From Octopus sinensis (Eukaryota): DNA of 64,000 nt. This document shows, one piece after another, positions 25,525 to 39,464 of the stretch. The position numbers were made by a program, and so were the translations under genes. The notes beneath the pieces are model-generated. The model saw only the letters and a list, made by a program, of their open reading frames with translations, was not told where the DNA came from and did no database searches. Location of the stretch: the NCBI RefSeq assembly GCF_006345805.1, contig NW_021835466.1, forward strand, positions 5,509 through 69,508, written 5' to 3'. Each line of letters starts with the position of its first letter. The first letter of the stretch is position 1.

Positions 25525-28500
25525 TATAAAAATTCGTCTGTAAATTGTCCTTTACGTGACCAATAGAATAACATTTCATAAACTTTCGATCTTACCGAAG
25601 TTTTAAACCCCGGCAATTTATAAGGCCCCGCAGCTTTTGTTTCCTCTCCTCCCTCCATAGTTAAGCTGGGTTTCTGACACCCACCTTTTTTTCCACTTCC
25701 TTCCATCTTTTCTCATACACACCCCGTGGTAAGATCCTCTTTTCCAGCCCCATTTTGCTCTTCAGATGATATCTGAAGTAAGTGAGCAAGCCGGGGCCCG
25801 AGACAAGGATCCTATCGCGACTCCTTCCATTCTTGTTCGCCACATGCATTCTTTTACTACTGCAACCGTGCAGTGAAAACATGCCTCACCTTCCTTCGAG
25901 AGTCCAGTTGGCGGTATCATCTTAATCATAGACTCAGCCGACAGCTGTACTCGTCCCAGATGCGATAACACGTGTTCTGCGTAACTTATCAAGTCGGACA
26001 ACTTCCGACAGTGTACAAAAGCGTGCTGGACGGTTTCATCGTCCAACTCGCACCTTGGACACGTCGGTGGCACTGAAATTCCGTGCCGCGATAACTTCTC
26101 GCGAACAGGTAAAGCATTCCTATAGCACTGCCAGGCCAGGGATCTTTGGAAATTATCCAAGTACCCCGTCCTGAAAGTCTTTTAAACAGGTTGGTAAGCT
26201 GGTCTTCGTCAAACCCCAGAGCCCCTCCTAGGACGTCGTCGTTCTTTGCCTCTACCAGCCTTCTATAAAATACCGAGGTGGTATTTCCGCAGCCGGCCTT
26301 GCCCGCCTTGTGGATCAGCGTGAGTGCCTGTCGGCACTCCTTTTGCCATAAAGTCAGTTTCCATCTTTTGATGCGACCGGGTTTAAAATTCACTAAGGAG
26401 GCCGGTCTCGGGAAAAATTCCCCTGCCACCACCTTATCACCCTCCAGGTGGTGCCAGAGATGCTTCAAACTCAACGCATGTCTGCGCATCATCAACCAAG
26501 GCATTCCTAACCCACCCTTTAACGGTTCCTGGCAGCAAACGGAGCGCCTCACAAGTGGCCTTCCTCCCTTCCACAAAAAGCGGAAAAGGATTCGCTCCAA
26601 CTTGCTAAGTCATGAATCGGGGCAAGGGACAACGGTCAGGCGGTAAGTGATTACAGATGCAATGAACATCTGTACCACCTCCACCCTTCCTTTCAAGGAC
26701 AGAAACCTTCCGGACAGGTCCGTACTATGGCCTCCACCTTGCTCGTCACCTCACTCCAGTTCCTCTCCGTTTGGGAGTCTGCCCAAAACCAAACTCCTAG
26801 CAATTTAACAGGGCCGTCCGTCCAGTGTCCCACGACACTGGACGATATCGACTTGCTCCTCCAGGTGCCGAGGCGCAAGCCAACCGACTTGTCCTTGTTA
26901 ACCTTTGCTCCTGCCACCGCCTCTTATCCTCTGATAGCCTCTTCCACACAAGGTAGCTGGGCCTCATTGGACACGATGAGGGTGACGTCATCCGCATAAG
27001 CAGTAACCGTCCTCCCACCTCCGATCTCATCCGAGTTACTTCCCAGCCTCTCCAACTTTCGCAGCAATGGCTCAAGAGCCAACACGTACAAGAGTGGTGA
27101 CAAGGGGCACCCTTGACGAACTGAACATTCGATCGAAAACGGTTCCGTTAGGTAACCGTTTATCTGGACGGTGGACTTGATGCCGCTATACATAGCGGAG
27201 ATCCACCCGCGAAATTCAGGGCCCAGTCCAGCCGCTTCGAGGACCGTCGCCAGGTACTCATGGTCTACCCTATCGAACGCTTTACTTTGGTCTAAATGGA
27301 CCATTACCCCGCCCTTGCCGGTTAATTTACCCACCCTATCTAAGGTGTAGCGTATAAGGTGAAGATTGTCCTGGATCGACCTGCCTGGAATTGCACATGT
27401 CTGTGCTCTCCCTACAAGTTTCTCCACGACAACCGTCAACCTTTTTGCCAACACCTTGGCCAAAATCTTTAACTCTACATAAGTAGAGTTATGGGCCTGT
27501 AGTTACTAATGTTATCCCCCTTGCTCGGGTCTTTCTGGATTAGCGTCACCACTCCCCGGCTTACAGAACTGGGAATTCTCCCATTCTGCTGCCAGTTCGT
27601 GTAGACGCCTGCCAATATTCCCCGAACAAGTCCGGCATACTTTGGTAAAACTCGTAGGGCAGACCATCCAACCCCGGCGACTTCTCCCCGGCGCATCCGG
27701 CCAGTATCCCCTCTATCTCCGCGGGAGTGATCGCTTCTTCACAGCACTCCACCTCACGCCCCGAGAGCCGCGGTCCGCCGGCCAGGAAGTCCTTTAAGGT
27801 CCTCCCCCGCTCCGGCGCCACACCACCCCCGAACACGCGGGCGAAATGCTGGTGAAGAAACTTTTGCATCTCCTCCTGTCCATAGATCTTTTGTCCCTGT
27901 TCGTCAGTTAAAGACTTGATTGAGGCTTTGTTACCTCTCTGACTCTCCACTCGACGGGCCCATCCGGCAACGTTAATACCTTCTCGTTTCCCAGCGCGTA
28001 GCTTAGCTCTGACTCTGCAACCTTCGTGTTTGGAGTTAAGGTGACGGTACAATACCGTCCTTGCCGCCATCACTCCGGATGCAGAGCCAGCTTCCATTGC
28101 CTCGTTTAGATTCTTAACTAATTCGTCCTCTATCCTAGACCTATCTAACCTTAGCTGATTGCTAAATCTAATGGACTCTGAACGAATGGCTCTTTTGAGG
28201 GAGTGCCACCATCTATTGTTAATGATGGTGCCACACAATGCCCTCTGTACTAACACCTTAATCCGGGTACGGAAGTCTTCACAATTCAAAATAGCCTTGT
28301 TCAGCTTCCAGTACCCGGGTCCCTGTCTATGACACTTGTCTAATTGCATCTTACACGTCACAAATTTGTGATCCGTGTAAGGCACAATGTGAAACTGTGG
28401 ACAACTAAACGTATCCTTATCTCTTTTCTTAATAAATATCCTATCTAAATACGATCTGTGTGAGCCGTCGTTGTTACTCCACGTCCAGTGGAACGCTCGG

Positions 28501-29450
28501 CTCATCCAGTCGGTAACGGTCCACTAGATCAAAGCTCTCTAGTAGACCCTTGAGGCTAGGGTTCCCCTTCCTATTGGTTGAGCCAACACTGTCGACCCGC
28601 GCTTCAAGGACAGTGTTAAAGTCCCCTATTAGGATTACCGTTTTCGACGTCGCTAAAAAGGGCTCCAGGTTCCGAAAAAAACCCGTCTGTCTACCCTCGT
28701 TCGGAGCGTAGACAGCTACCAACCTGAAGGACTGTTACTTACGTGGGTCACATCCAGAACAACCAGCCTGCCTTCTGGGTCCAGAAAGACAGTACTTACC
28801 TGCAAGTCCAAGCTCTTCTGATAAGGACTGCCACGCCTCTGCCTCTTCCTCGGCTAGGAGAAATAAATTTCTCGAACCCATTTAGAAGAGGCGAGAACGC
28901 TTGGCCTCGTTCATCTTGGACTCGGTTGCAATAGCTATGTCTACTCCATGTGTCGTGAGGTCGTTCAGGAAACAAATTTGTTTCCATTTCGTCCCCATTC
29001 CACGTACATTCACACAACCCAGCTTAGCCATTGTCGGTGAGAGAAAAAATAAATGAACTTACGGTTGAGAAAGGGAGCATGACAGTTTAAATCTGCCCGC
29101 TTCCCCTTCTTCCTCCCTTGTGGTTGTAGCTGCAGGGCTCTTAACCGGCGTTGCCACGGGCTCTGGGTAGGTGTGGTTGCCGGGGTTATAACAAGTTTAC
29201 CCTCCAGTACTTCTTTTGTTACATCTCTAATCAGTCTATTCTTTAGATGTTCTTGTAGTTTTTCCTCCTTCCACTCGTCTTCCTTTATTTTTGCGAAGCG
29301 AGTGGTTGCTTTTATGTCTGTAGCCTTGCTAAATAGTTTAAATTTTGAAAATTTATAGTATGCTACTCTATCCCTAAACCACCCAAAGAATCTATTTTCT
29401 GAACGTCTGGAAAATATAAAATAATCATCACAGCGTGTAGTTTGCATTTG
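25525..29450 (-). mobile_element. Tx1/L1-group LINE: near-complete but frameshifted ORF2 (29031->25661) plus 3' part of ORF1; 5' truncated
   Basis: APE endonuclease MAKLGCVNVRG, VAVYAPN, LIGDFN, WTW..SYLDRIF, GPGYWKLN. RT KSPGLDGLPYEFY, NYRPITLL, QTCAIPGRSI, DQSKAFDRVDH, VRQGCPLSPLLY, AYADD. C-terminal CPRC..ETVQHAFVHC zinc finger. Confidence 0.93.
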
Positions 29451-29679
29451 AAATATATATGTATATATAGGAGTTCGATTCCAGGCAGTGACCTGAATAG
29501 TAATAACAACAACATCAACAACGACAACGACGACGACGACGAAAAATACCTCAGAAATGCGGTAATGACAAACAAATTAGGCAAGTGATTAGGCAAATGA
29601 GGTAAGGACAAACAAATTAGGCACGTGATATACAAAAACTATTAAATTCATTTAATACAAAAAAAAAAGATGCACAAGC

Positions 29680-30108
29680 GTAGGAGTGGCTGTGTGGTAA
29701 GTCGCTTACTATACCAACCACATGGTTGCGGGTTCAGTCCCACTGCGTGGCATCTTGGGCAAGTGTATTCTGCTAGAGCCCCGGGCCGACCAATGCCTTG
29801 TGAGTGGATTTGGTAGACGGAAACTGAAAGAAGCCTGTCGTATATATGTATATATATTTATGAATATGTGTGTGTGTGTGTGTGTGTGATTGTGTGTCTG
29901 TGTTTGTCTCCCTAGCATTGCTTGACAACCGATGCCGGTGTGTTTACGTCTCCGTCACTTAGCGGTTCCGCAAAAGAGACCGATAGAATAAGTACTGGGC
30001 TTACAAAGAATAAGTCCCGGGGTCGATTTGCTCGACTAAAGGCGGTGCTCCAGCATGTTCGCAGTGGAAATGACTGAAACAAGTAAAAGAGTAAAAGAGT
30101 AAAAGAGA
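29680..30108 (+). mobile_element. SINE family A
   Basis: Full copy with (agtaaaag)n tail. Confidence 0.9.
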
Positions 30109-30239
30109 GATGGATACATATAAAAAGTTGCGACTTACACAGAATAGAAACGGTATGAGGTATTAAAGGCGTTACACAAAAGTTTTACTAGTCCAACATT
30201 AGTGTTCCAAACTAGTGATTGTAATTTGATTGTAATTTG

Positions 30240-30680
30240 ATCCCATCATCGGATAATACCAGCCCTCGTCTTGAGGGAAGAATTTTACATTTGCGCTGTT
30301 GACAGAATGGAGATTAAAGATGGAATTCCACGTTACAGAACTTGCAGATGTTGTATCCGTTTGGCTAGGAATGTTTACACCTCCCTTCGTATTCACCAAA
30401 CCTTGGTCCATCAGATTTCTACCTGTTTCGGTCTCAGCAAAATTCATCGAATGGACAATCTTTTAGCTATATAGATGATGTAAATATTCAGCTGGAAGTA
30501 TTTTTCACCGGTGGAAACAAGAATTCTGTATGCAAGAAGTAATGTATCAGGTACAAGATTGCAGATGATACGGAAAATAGTAGCGATAATATTTCATTGA
30601 AAAAATAGTTTTCTTTTTAAAACATGTGTCTTATTGTTCCATAATGATAAAAAAAAAGGAACGAACGTTTTGGCAACCCA
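30240..30680 (+). pseudogene. mariner (DD34D) transposase C-terminal remnant with probable 3' TIR
   Basis: FG*ECLHLPSYSPNLGPSDFYLFRSQQNSSNGQSF..DDVNIQLEVFF (cf. WEVLPHPPYSPDLAPSDYHLFRSLQN); ends ttggcaaccca. Confidence 0.8.
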
Positions 30681-30816
30681 GCTCATACGGTCATACAAGG
30701 TTGAGTAAATTAGGAACGTCACATATACATATGCCTCTATTTAGGAAAGGAATATCTTGCATACAATTCTTATTTACATACACTGGCGGGCACTCATTTT
30801 CGTTAAGGACACTCTG

Positions 30817-31028
30817 TTACTCTTTTACTTGTTTCAGTCATGTGACTGTGGAAATGCTGGAGCACCGCCTTTAGTCGAGCAAATCGACCCCGGTATTATT
30901 CTTTGTAAGCCTAGTACTTATTCTATCGGTCTCTTTAGCCGAACCGCTAAGTGACGGGGACGTAAACACACCAGCATCGGTTGTCAAGCGATGTTTGGGG
31001 ACAGGGGGGGGGGCAAACACAGATACAC

Positions 31029-31113
<85 letters not shown>

Positions 31114-31418
31114 CATCAGAAACGACCACTCGGAAGGCCTCCACGACTTTGGAGTTCGATTTCAGGAGGACGATTGGGAACACGTGGATGAGAAAGGCAC
31201 GATCCAGAGAGGAGTGGACAGCGTGCTGTGACCAGCGGTGTCAAATATATATACGACAGGCTAGTTTCAGTTTCCGTCTATCAAATCCACTCACAAGGAT
31301 TTGGCCGGCCCGAGGCTATAGTAGAAGACACTTGCCCAAGATGCCACGCAGTGGGACTGAACCCGGAACCATGTGGTTTGTAAGCAATCTACTTACCACA
31401 CAGTCACTCCTACGCCTA
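30817..31418 (-). mobile_element. SINE family A with an RTE fragment inserted in its internal microsatellite
   Basis: Tail at 30817-31030 and head at 31245-31418 flank the insert. Confidence 0.85.
31114..31243 (+). mobile_element. RTE-clade LINE extreme 3' coding fragment
   Basis: QKRPLGRPPRLW / FRRTIGNTWMRKARSREEWTACCDQRC, matching the RTE C-terminal KRPxGRPxxRW...W...A..R..W pattern. Confidence 0.7.
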
Positions 31419-31819
31419 CACTGTGCAACTATTCAGAGTTTATTGTGAAACGTGCTGCAAGATCCTAAAAACATTAGTAGCCTAAGTAACGTTGGTTGTC
31501 ATTAAGTTACTTTATGCGATTTAATTATTAAGAGTTTGTAAGAATGCTAGAAAGGCGCCGCATGTAACAATCCTTAGAAATTTACTTGAAAATATAGTCA
31601 CTAAAATATCGACTGCACTGGAATGGTTGACCATTGAAATAACCAGGTGTAACGTTTCTTTATATAACATAAGAATTTCCGCACAATAAGTTTTCAGACA
31701 TGACAAATCTAATGAAGAAACCAGCCTTTACCAATATCTTCACATATAACAAATACCCGTATGTAACATCAGCTATTAACTTTTATAAAAAAATATTCTG
31801 ATAACTCGCGTTTAGACAC

Positions 31820-32620
31820 ATAGACCCCAGTGAACAAATAGCGTTATTTTATCGACGTTGAAAAGATGAAAGGCAACGTCGACACCGGCGGGATATGATC
31901 TCAGAACGTAAAGACAACTAGTTTTCTACTTTTTAAGTAATATTCAATTCAAAGTTTAGCACAAGGCCAGCAATTTCGGGCGTGGGAGAGTCAGCTGATT
32001 ACAGAAGCTCCAGTATTCAATTATTTAATCGACCTTGCAGAGAGGAAAGACAAAGTCGGCTCCGGATGTTGTTCGAATTGAGTAGGTAAAGACGGACGAA
32101 ATACCTATTTCTTTTACTACCCACAAGGAGCTAAACACAGAGAGGACAAATAAGGACAGACAAACGGATTAAGTCGATTATATCGACCCCAGTGCGTAAC
32201 TGGTACTTATTTAATCGACCCCGAAAGGATGAAAGGCAAAGTTGACCTCGGCGCATGAAAGACTAAGTCGACCTCGGCGGAATTTGAACTCAGAACGTAG
32301 CGGCAGACGAAATAACTATTTCTTTACTACCCACAAGTGGCTAAACACAGAGAGGACAAGCAAGGACAGACAAACGGATTAAGTCGATTACATCGACCTA
32401 AGTGCGTAACTGGTATTTATTTAATCGATCCCGAAAGGATTAAAGGCAAAGTTGACCTCGGCGGAATTTGAACTCAGAACGTAGCGGCAGACGTAATACC
32501 GCTAAGCATTTCGCCCGGCGTGCTAACATTTCTGCCAGCTCGCCACTGGACGAAATACATTTAAGCATTTTCCTCGGCATGCTAAAAACTCTGAGCAATC
32601 ACTGCCCTTCCTTTAAAATA
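31820..32620 (-). mobile_element. Young SINE-B multimer (32105-32547) nested in an old SINE-B-type element
   Basis: Perfect 11-bp duplication ggacgaaatac at 32094-32104 and 32548-32558. Old head lies at 32559-32620 and old remainder at 31950-32093. Confidence 0.8.
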
Positions 32621-32720
32621 ATACTGATTTCAAATTTTAGCAACAATGCAGCAACTTCGGGGTGGAGCGATCTGGTAGATTTTATCAAACCCAATACACA
32701 GCTGGTATTTATTTGATAGA

Positions 32721-32957
32721 AGGCGGTGAGCTGGCAGAAACGTTAGCACGCCGGGCGAAATGCTTAGTGGTATTTCGCCCCTCGTTACGTTGTGAGTTCA
32801 AATTCCGCCGAGGTCGACTTTCCCTTTATCCTTTCGGGGTCGATAAATTACGTACCAGTTACGGACTGGGGTCGATGTAATCGACTTAATACCTATGTCT
32901 GTCCTTGTTTGTACCCTCTGTGTTTAGCCCCTTGTGGGTAATAAAGAAATAGGTATT
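32721..32957 (+). mobile_element. SINE family B, full length, with TSD
   Basis: TSD ggtatttatttgat at 32704-32717 and 32952-32965. Confidence 0.9.
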
Positions 32958-33499
32958 TATTTGATTGGACCTGCAAAGATGAAAGACAAAGAGAACCACG
33001 GTCAGCTTCAATACAGTTTCAGCCAATCGAAATAATCTAGTTACGAAATATGGCTGAAAACTATGCTATTGCAACGATAGCTACGAATGAAAAGTCATGA
33101 GGTGAAATCGAACTTCGATCATTTTCCAAATAAGAGAACTTCTTATCCAATAGGACAAGCTTCACGAACATAAAATAATGACGACAATATCTCCTGCGTA
33201 TAGAAAGAGCGTTATATATTTGCATCTTTATTGAGGGACTAAAAATAGGAAAAGCTTCAACAAATGTTTTTTTTGTGTATGAAGTTGCTTTGTGTTTAAT
33301 GTTTAATATGGTCTACGCTGATATCCTCCTATCGCTCTACACACAGCTTTATTATATTCATAGAGGAACACACTTGGATAAACTTTAGTTATTAAGCGAA
33401 AAGAAATACCAAGAAAGAGAAACAAGTAAACATAAAATGGCATCTCTATCTATTGAATTACCCATATATAATAATTAAATGTACTACAATGTATTGTGA

Positions 33500-33633
33500 C
33501 AGAACATATATATATATATACATATGCATATGCATATATATATATGTATATATGTATATATATATATACATATCCATATATATATATATATACATATCCA
33601 TATATATATATATATACATATGTATGTATATAC

Positions 33634-33684
<51 letters not shown>

Positions 33685-34080
33685 TATATATATATATATG
33701 TGTATGTAATTGTATATGTATATATATATATACATATATATACCCACGTATATATAAATATATACGTGTGTGTGTGTATGTATGTGTATATATATATTTA
33801 TGCATATACATATACATATACATATATATATACCCCCCCACACACACATATATATATATATAATGCGTATGTAGATATACACAAATTCACACCTATATAT
33901 TATACTTACATAGATACGTATGTATGTACATATGTATGTGCAAATATATATATATATATATATGTGTGTGTGTATGTATACATATATGTATATAATGTGT
34001 GTATATATATATGTGTGTGTGTGTACATATATATATATGTGTGTGTGTGTGTGTATGTATATATACACACGCACATACCT
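33500..34080. repeat. (TA)n/(TG)n compound microsatellite
   Basis: Directly visible. Confidence 0.95.
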
Positions 34081-35070
34081 ACCTAGATATATACATACTC
34101 GTAGTTCATGTTGGGTGTCCATTGATTTCTGGTCAGCGTTTGACGATGTAGTCTCCACATATATGTTTTCTCATTTTCCCTTCCCCCCCACCTTCCGCGA
34201 TTGCTATCGATATTCTTTTAAATACGTTTTGAATACAGACGAGAAAACAATGATTTTTTTTTTGTTTTTTTTTTTTTGCTAGACATGGATATACTACGCT
34301 TACACCGACACACATACATACAGACCAAGAACACACGAGTAACTAATACCAACAGATACAGACATAAACCAATAGAAACCTACATATAGACACGCATAAA
34401 TACATATATATATATATATATATGTATGTGTGTATGTGTGCATGTATGTATGTAAATATGTATGTATGTATAAAGATGTATAGTTATATATATATACGCT
34501 CTGTATTTGTACAATATTCTCATTCAGATATATTTATTTCCTCGTTTATATTGATATTGCATAAATTTTAATGTGCCTAGAAAATAATCTGTCCGTTTGA
34601 AAGACGTATCAGAACGATAGTTGCGTCTCCTTACTGCCAAATATATGATCCATTATTTGGCAAATGTTTCATAGTACTGCTATAAATGTATGCATCGTTT
34701 ATTTTTTAATTGTCAAAGTAGTTTATAAATGAAGTTGGAATGCTAGCCAAATGGATAAATTGTCGGACAAAATGGCGAACGTTTCACATTTATTTCCCAA
34801 TCATTTTCCTACATGAAAGCGATTCTCCAAAATGGCTCTCGTTGTGATTTGCTAAAACGATCTAAAGAGCATACTGAGAAATTAATTATCAGCGTGTATA
34901 GTTTTGTCTTTGTGGTCGTTTATTGACTACTGGTAAATCATCCTTGGTTGTAGAAATATACAACAGGAAAAAAAAAGGCGTTTCTAAGAACATCCAGTTG
35001 TTCGTTCGAGCATTGTTTGTGTATGACTACATCAGTCAACCACCTCCACAAGTTTGGAATGATTGTTCAA

Positions 35071-35110
<40 letters not shown>

Positions 35111-35112
35111 GC

Positions 35113-35157
<45 letters not shown>

Positions 35158-35475
35158 CATATATGTATCAAATGAAATAAAAAACAGAACACATAGGATG
35201 TCGCGGTACACATGTTTCGAGCTTTATAAAACAACTTATTCTTACATCAATGTATAATCAACGTAATAGATAGTTTAAAGCCCTATCTGAAAAAGAACAT
35301 TTGGTATTATTTATAATGGTAGGTATATTAAGTTTCACTGAGAAAGTATGTTTGTAATTCTTCATAATCAAATAGGTGTACAAGGTATTATTGGACTCCA
35401 ATACATATATCTTCTCACTTCTGCTACTACCTCTGCTACAGGTACTTATACTTATCAAGTATTCACCCTGAATTT

Positions 35476-35512
<37 letters not shown>

Positions 35513-35590
35513 ATGTATGTATGTATGTATGTATGTATGTATGTATGCATGTATGTATGTATGTATATATGTATGTTTATATGTATGTAT

Positions 35591-35975
35591 GTGGCTATGT
35601 GGTAAGTAGCTTGCTTAGCAACCTCATGGTTCCGGGTTCAGTCCCGCTAAATGTCACCTTGCGCAAGTGCCTTCTACTATAGCCTCGGGCCGACCTAAGC
35701 CTTGTGAGTGGATTTGGTAGACGGAAACTGAAAAAACTCCGTCGTATATATGTATATGTATATATATATACGCGTTTGTGTGTCTGTGTTTGTCCCCCAG
35801 CATCGCTTGACAACCGATGCTGGTGTGTTTATGTCCCTGTAACTTAGCGGTTCGGTAAAAGAGACCGACAGAATAAGTACTAAGCTTACAAAGAATAAGC
35901 TCTGGGGTCGAGTTGTTCGATAAAAGACAGTGCTCCAGCATGGCCGCAGTCAAATGACTGAAACAATTAAGAAAA
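35591..35975 (+). mobile_element. SINE family A
   Basis: Family head, core and tail. Confidence 0.9.
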
Positions 35976-36001
35976 TAAAAGAATATATTTATATATATAG
36001 T

Positions 36002-36046
<45 letters not shown>

Positions 36047-36683
36047 TGTGCGTGTGTGTGGCATGTGTGTGTGTGTATGTTATAATTAAACAGCATGGTT
36101 TGAGAAACGGTGTAGCCCATTCACAAATGCGGTCCTATATATACAATTCTCAAAAGACTTACTGCATGGTCTAGTTTAGAAATACATTTGATATTTGTAC
36201 AATAATGAATGATTTACAGCATGTCGATAACGAGCACAAAGTCGACAGAAGTAGACATGCTGATAATGAATGTATCCTTTACTCGATTGGAGACCAAGCA
36301 TAATCATTTGTGGTTGTCATGTCAAAAGTTCTGGTGTGTAAAGCAGCTAGTGATTTCCATTTTTTTTCTACGGTAACGGCACAAAACCGTAACAGCAGGT
36401 AATACATTTTCCGCTGCTATGTGCTTGCCTTTAAAAGAACAAAACTACTTTACAAAGTTTCTTTAATATAGCATTGTATACCTTTGATTTTATTAAACGT
36501 AGATCGATTTAGTTAAGCATTCTAAACAAGTGGATATTTCAATCCATTTACAGTCGAGTGTAATGAAATAGGCAAAACCCAGGTAGCGCTTTGAGATTGA
36601 CGATTACTTCGTAGAAACATACTAGTTCTACTACTATTTCGAACACGTATTTTCGAATATGAATTAAGTTTTCATTAAAAGTG

Positions 36684-37134
36684 ATACCTATTTCTTTGAT
36701 TACCCACAAGGGGTTAACACAGAGGGGACAAACAAGGACAGATATAAGTATTATGTCGATTACATCGACCCCAGTGCGTTACTGGTACTTAATTTATCGA
36801 CCCCAGTGCGTTACTGGTACTTAATTTATCGACCCCGAAAGGATGAAAGGCAAAGTCGACCTCGGCGGATTTTGAACTCACAACGTAACGGTAGACGAAA
36901 TACCTATTTCTTTATTACCCACAAGGGGCTAAACATAGAGGGGACACACAAGGACAGACAAATGGATTAAGTCAATTACATCGACCCCAGTGTGTAACTG
37001 GTACTTATTTAATCGACCCCGAAAGGATGAAAGGCAAAGTCGTCCTCGGCGGATTTTAAACTCACAACGTAACGCAGACGAAATACCGCTAAGCATTTCG
37101 CCCAGCGTGCTAACGTTTCTGCCAGCTTGCCGCC
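36684..37134 (-). mobile_element. SINE-B dimer with internal 32-bp duplication and 19-bp TSD
   Basis: TSD tttc(a/g)ttaaaagtgatacc at 36670-36688 and 37135-37153; second unit lacks the head. Confidence 0.85.
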
Positions 37135-37427
37135 TTTCGTTAAAAGTGATACCAATAACAGGTTTTGCTGCCTAATGTAAAGTCGAGGCTTTTGAAATGA
37201 TAGTAAGGTTTTGAAAACTTGTAAACAAGACTGTGAATTTAAGAGTGTCCCTATTTTAAGAGACTTTTTCATCGACCCACGTAGTGACAGTACTGCAGAT
37301 TGTATTTCAGCATATTTTGTTTGAATAAGAAGCTTCAATATATGATATATTTTTATACTTCAATATTTACCTGCTTTCAAAGTTATCAAACTGTCGTGTT
37401 GCTGAATGAAATTTGTATTTGATACAC

Positions 37428-37593
37428 GTAGGCGCATGAGTGACTGTGCGGTAAGTAGCTTGCTTACCAACCACATGGTTCCGGGTTCAGTCCCACTGCG
37501 TAGCATCTTGGGCAAGTGTCTTCTGCTATAGCCCCGGGCCGACCAAAGCCTTATGAGTGGATTTGGTAGACGGAAACTGAAAGAAGCCTGTCG

Positions 37594-37626
<33 letters not shown>

Positions 37627-37843
37627 GCGTGTGTATATGTTTGTGTGTCTGTGTTTGTTCTCCTCCCTAGCATTGCTTGACAACCGATGATGATGTGTTT
37701 ACGTCCCCGTCACTTAGCGGTCCGGCAAAAGAGACCGATAGAATAAGTCCCGGGTTCGATTTTTTCGACTAAAAGGCGGTGCTCCAGCATGGCCGCAGTC
37801 AAATGACTGAAACAAGTAAAAAGACTAAAAGAGAGTAAGAGTA
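37428..37843 (+). mobile_element. SINE family A
   Basis: Full copy. Confidence 0.9.
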
Positions 37844-38382
37844 TTTAAATGCATACGGAAGATCAGTGAATTTAACTGCAGAGGAAGAGGATCGCTTTAT
37901 TGAATCTATTTCATATTCTCCTTCACAATTTACCTGTATCAGTGTCACTTAACTCAATTTTGGTTTTCTATAAATGTCCAATACGCACAAAAATATTTCT
38001 GAGGAAGAATTTTCTGCATACATGGTATTAGACCCAAATCGTCGTAAAAGAATCATACCTAAAGCATGTGAGAGAATGAAGTCGTTGGCCAATAAAGCTG
38101 ACTTCAAAGAGGTCTCTACAAATATGAAGCGGTATCACTCACGTCATTGACATTTCTTTCATCTCTTTCTACAATGATTGTACTGTAAAAGATAAAGGCA
38201 TTTTCTGCTGACTACAGAAGCAGTAGATTATCACAACGATCTAATCAAGTTAAAGTACTATAGGGTTAAGCAGATATTTTATTGTTAATATAACATGGGC
38301 CGCGGTGAATCACTGACGTTGAGTGTATTCTACGTGGATATATAACGCTAAGTAAGGTAACACGGTACAGTATATCTTCCAG

Positions 38383-38610
38383 AAGCTGGCAGAAACGTTA
38401 GCACGCCGGGCGAAATGCTTAGCGGTATTTCGTCTGCCGTTACGTTGTGAGTTCAAATTCCGCCGAGGTCGACTTTGCCTTTCATCCTCTCGGGGTCGAT
38501 CAATTAAGTACCAGTTACGCACTGGGATCGATGTAATCGACTTTATACCTATGTCTGTCCTTGTTTGTCCCCTCTGTGTTTAGCCCCTTGTGGGTAATAA
38601 GGAAATAGAT
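38383..38610 (+). mobile_element. SINE family B with 18-bp TSD
   Basis: g(g/a)tacagtatat(c/t)ttcca at 38364-38381 and 38608-38625. Confidence 0.9.
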
Positions 38611-39085
38611 ACAGTATATTTTCCATGATTGTGCTATATCAGCAAGAGGAAGTCAGTTGCTCTTTGGATAGTGTATGTGTGTTGTTATATTGGAGTTGGT
38701 CTTATTTTGCTAATTAATCACATGCACAATTTCCGTGGTCTTCACTTCAGTTTTATTATCATTATTTTAGTTACTTTCTCAAATAATTTTCGTCTCCACA
38801 TGACGACTTCGAGGAGAAGAATAAAGGAATAAGGAGATGAAAGAAGAGAAGAAAAAACAAGCATAAATGTTCACAGTTCAACTTAACGATCGCGTAGAAG
38901 TAAGTCAGTAGGTCCTTCCGAACAATCCTGCATGTATACACATATATATGTATATATGTATGTATGTATGCATATCTATAGATATATATATATACATATA
39001 TATATATATAAAAATATGTATATGTATATATATATATGTATGTATGCATGCGTGTATGTATTTCTATATATATACATATATGTAT

Positions 39086-39127
<42 letters not shown>

Positions 39128-39214
39128 TATGTATGCATGTATGTATGTATATCTATATATATACATATATGTATAAATATATGTATAAATATATATATAT
39201 ATATGTGTGTGGTT

Positions 39215-39415
39215 AATACAAGCATGAAGATGCAAAGAGAAAACACAACAACGCGAGGACGTGGAATAAATATAGTATTATTGGACGCTCAGGAAGGAAG
39301 GGAAGAAGGAGGGTTTAACGATTCGAGCGGAGCTCTTCGTCAGAAATATATGAAAAAGAAAGATCCAGAGAAGGGAAGACGGAGGAAAACAATCGCCAAG
39401 GGTGCACACGCGCAC
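39215..39415 (-). mobile_element. (TA)n-flanked cassette with a hammerhead one substitution from canonical (39314-39346)
   Basis: Minus strand: ttt CTGACGA a gagc tcc gctc GAAT cg tt aaa (A15.1 replaced by U). Confidence 0.6.
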
Positions 39416-39424
39416 ATATATATA

Positions 39425-39464
<40 letters not shown>

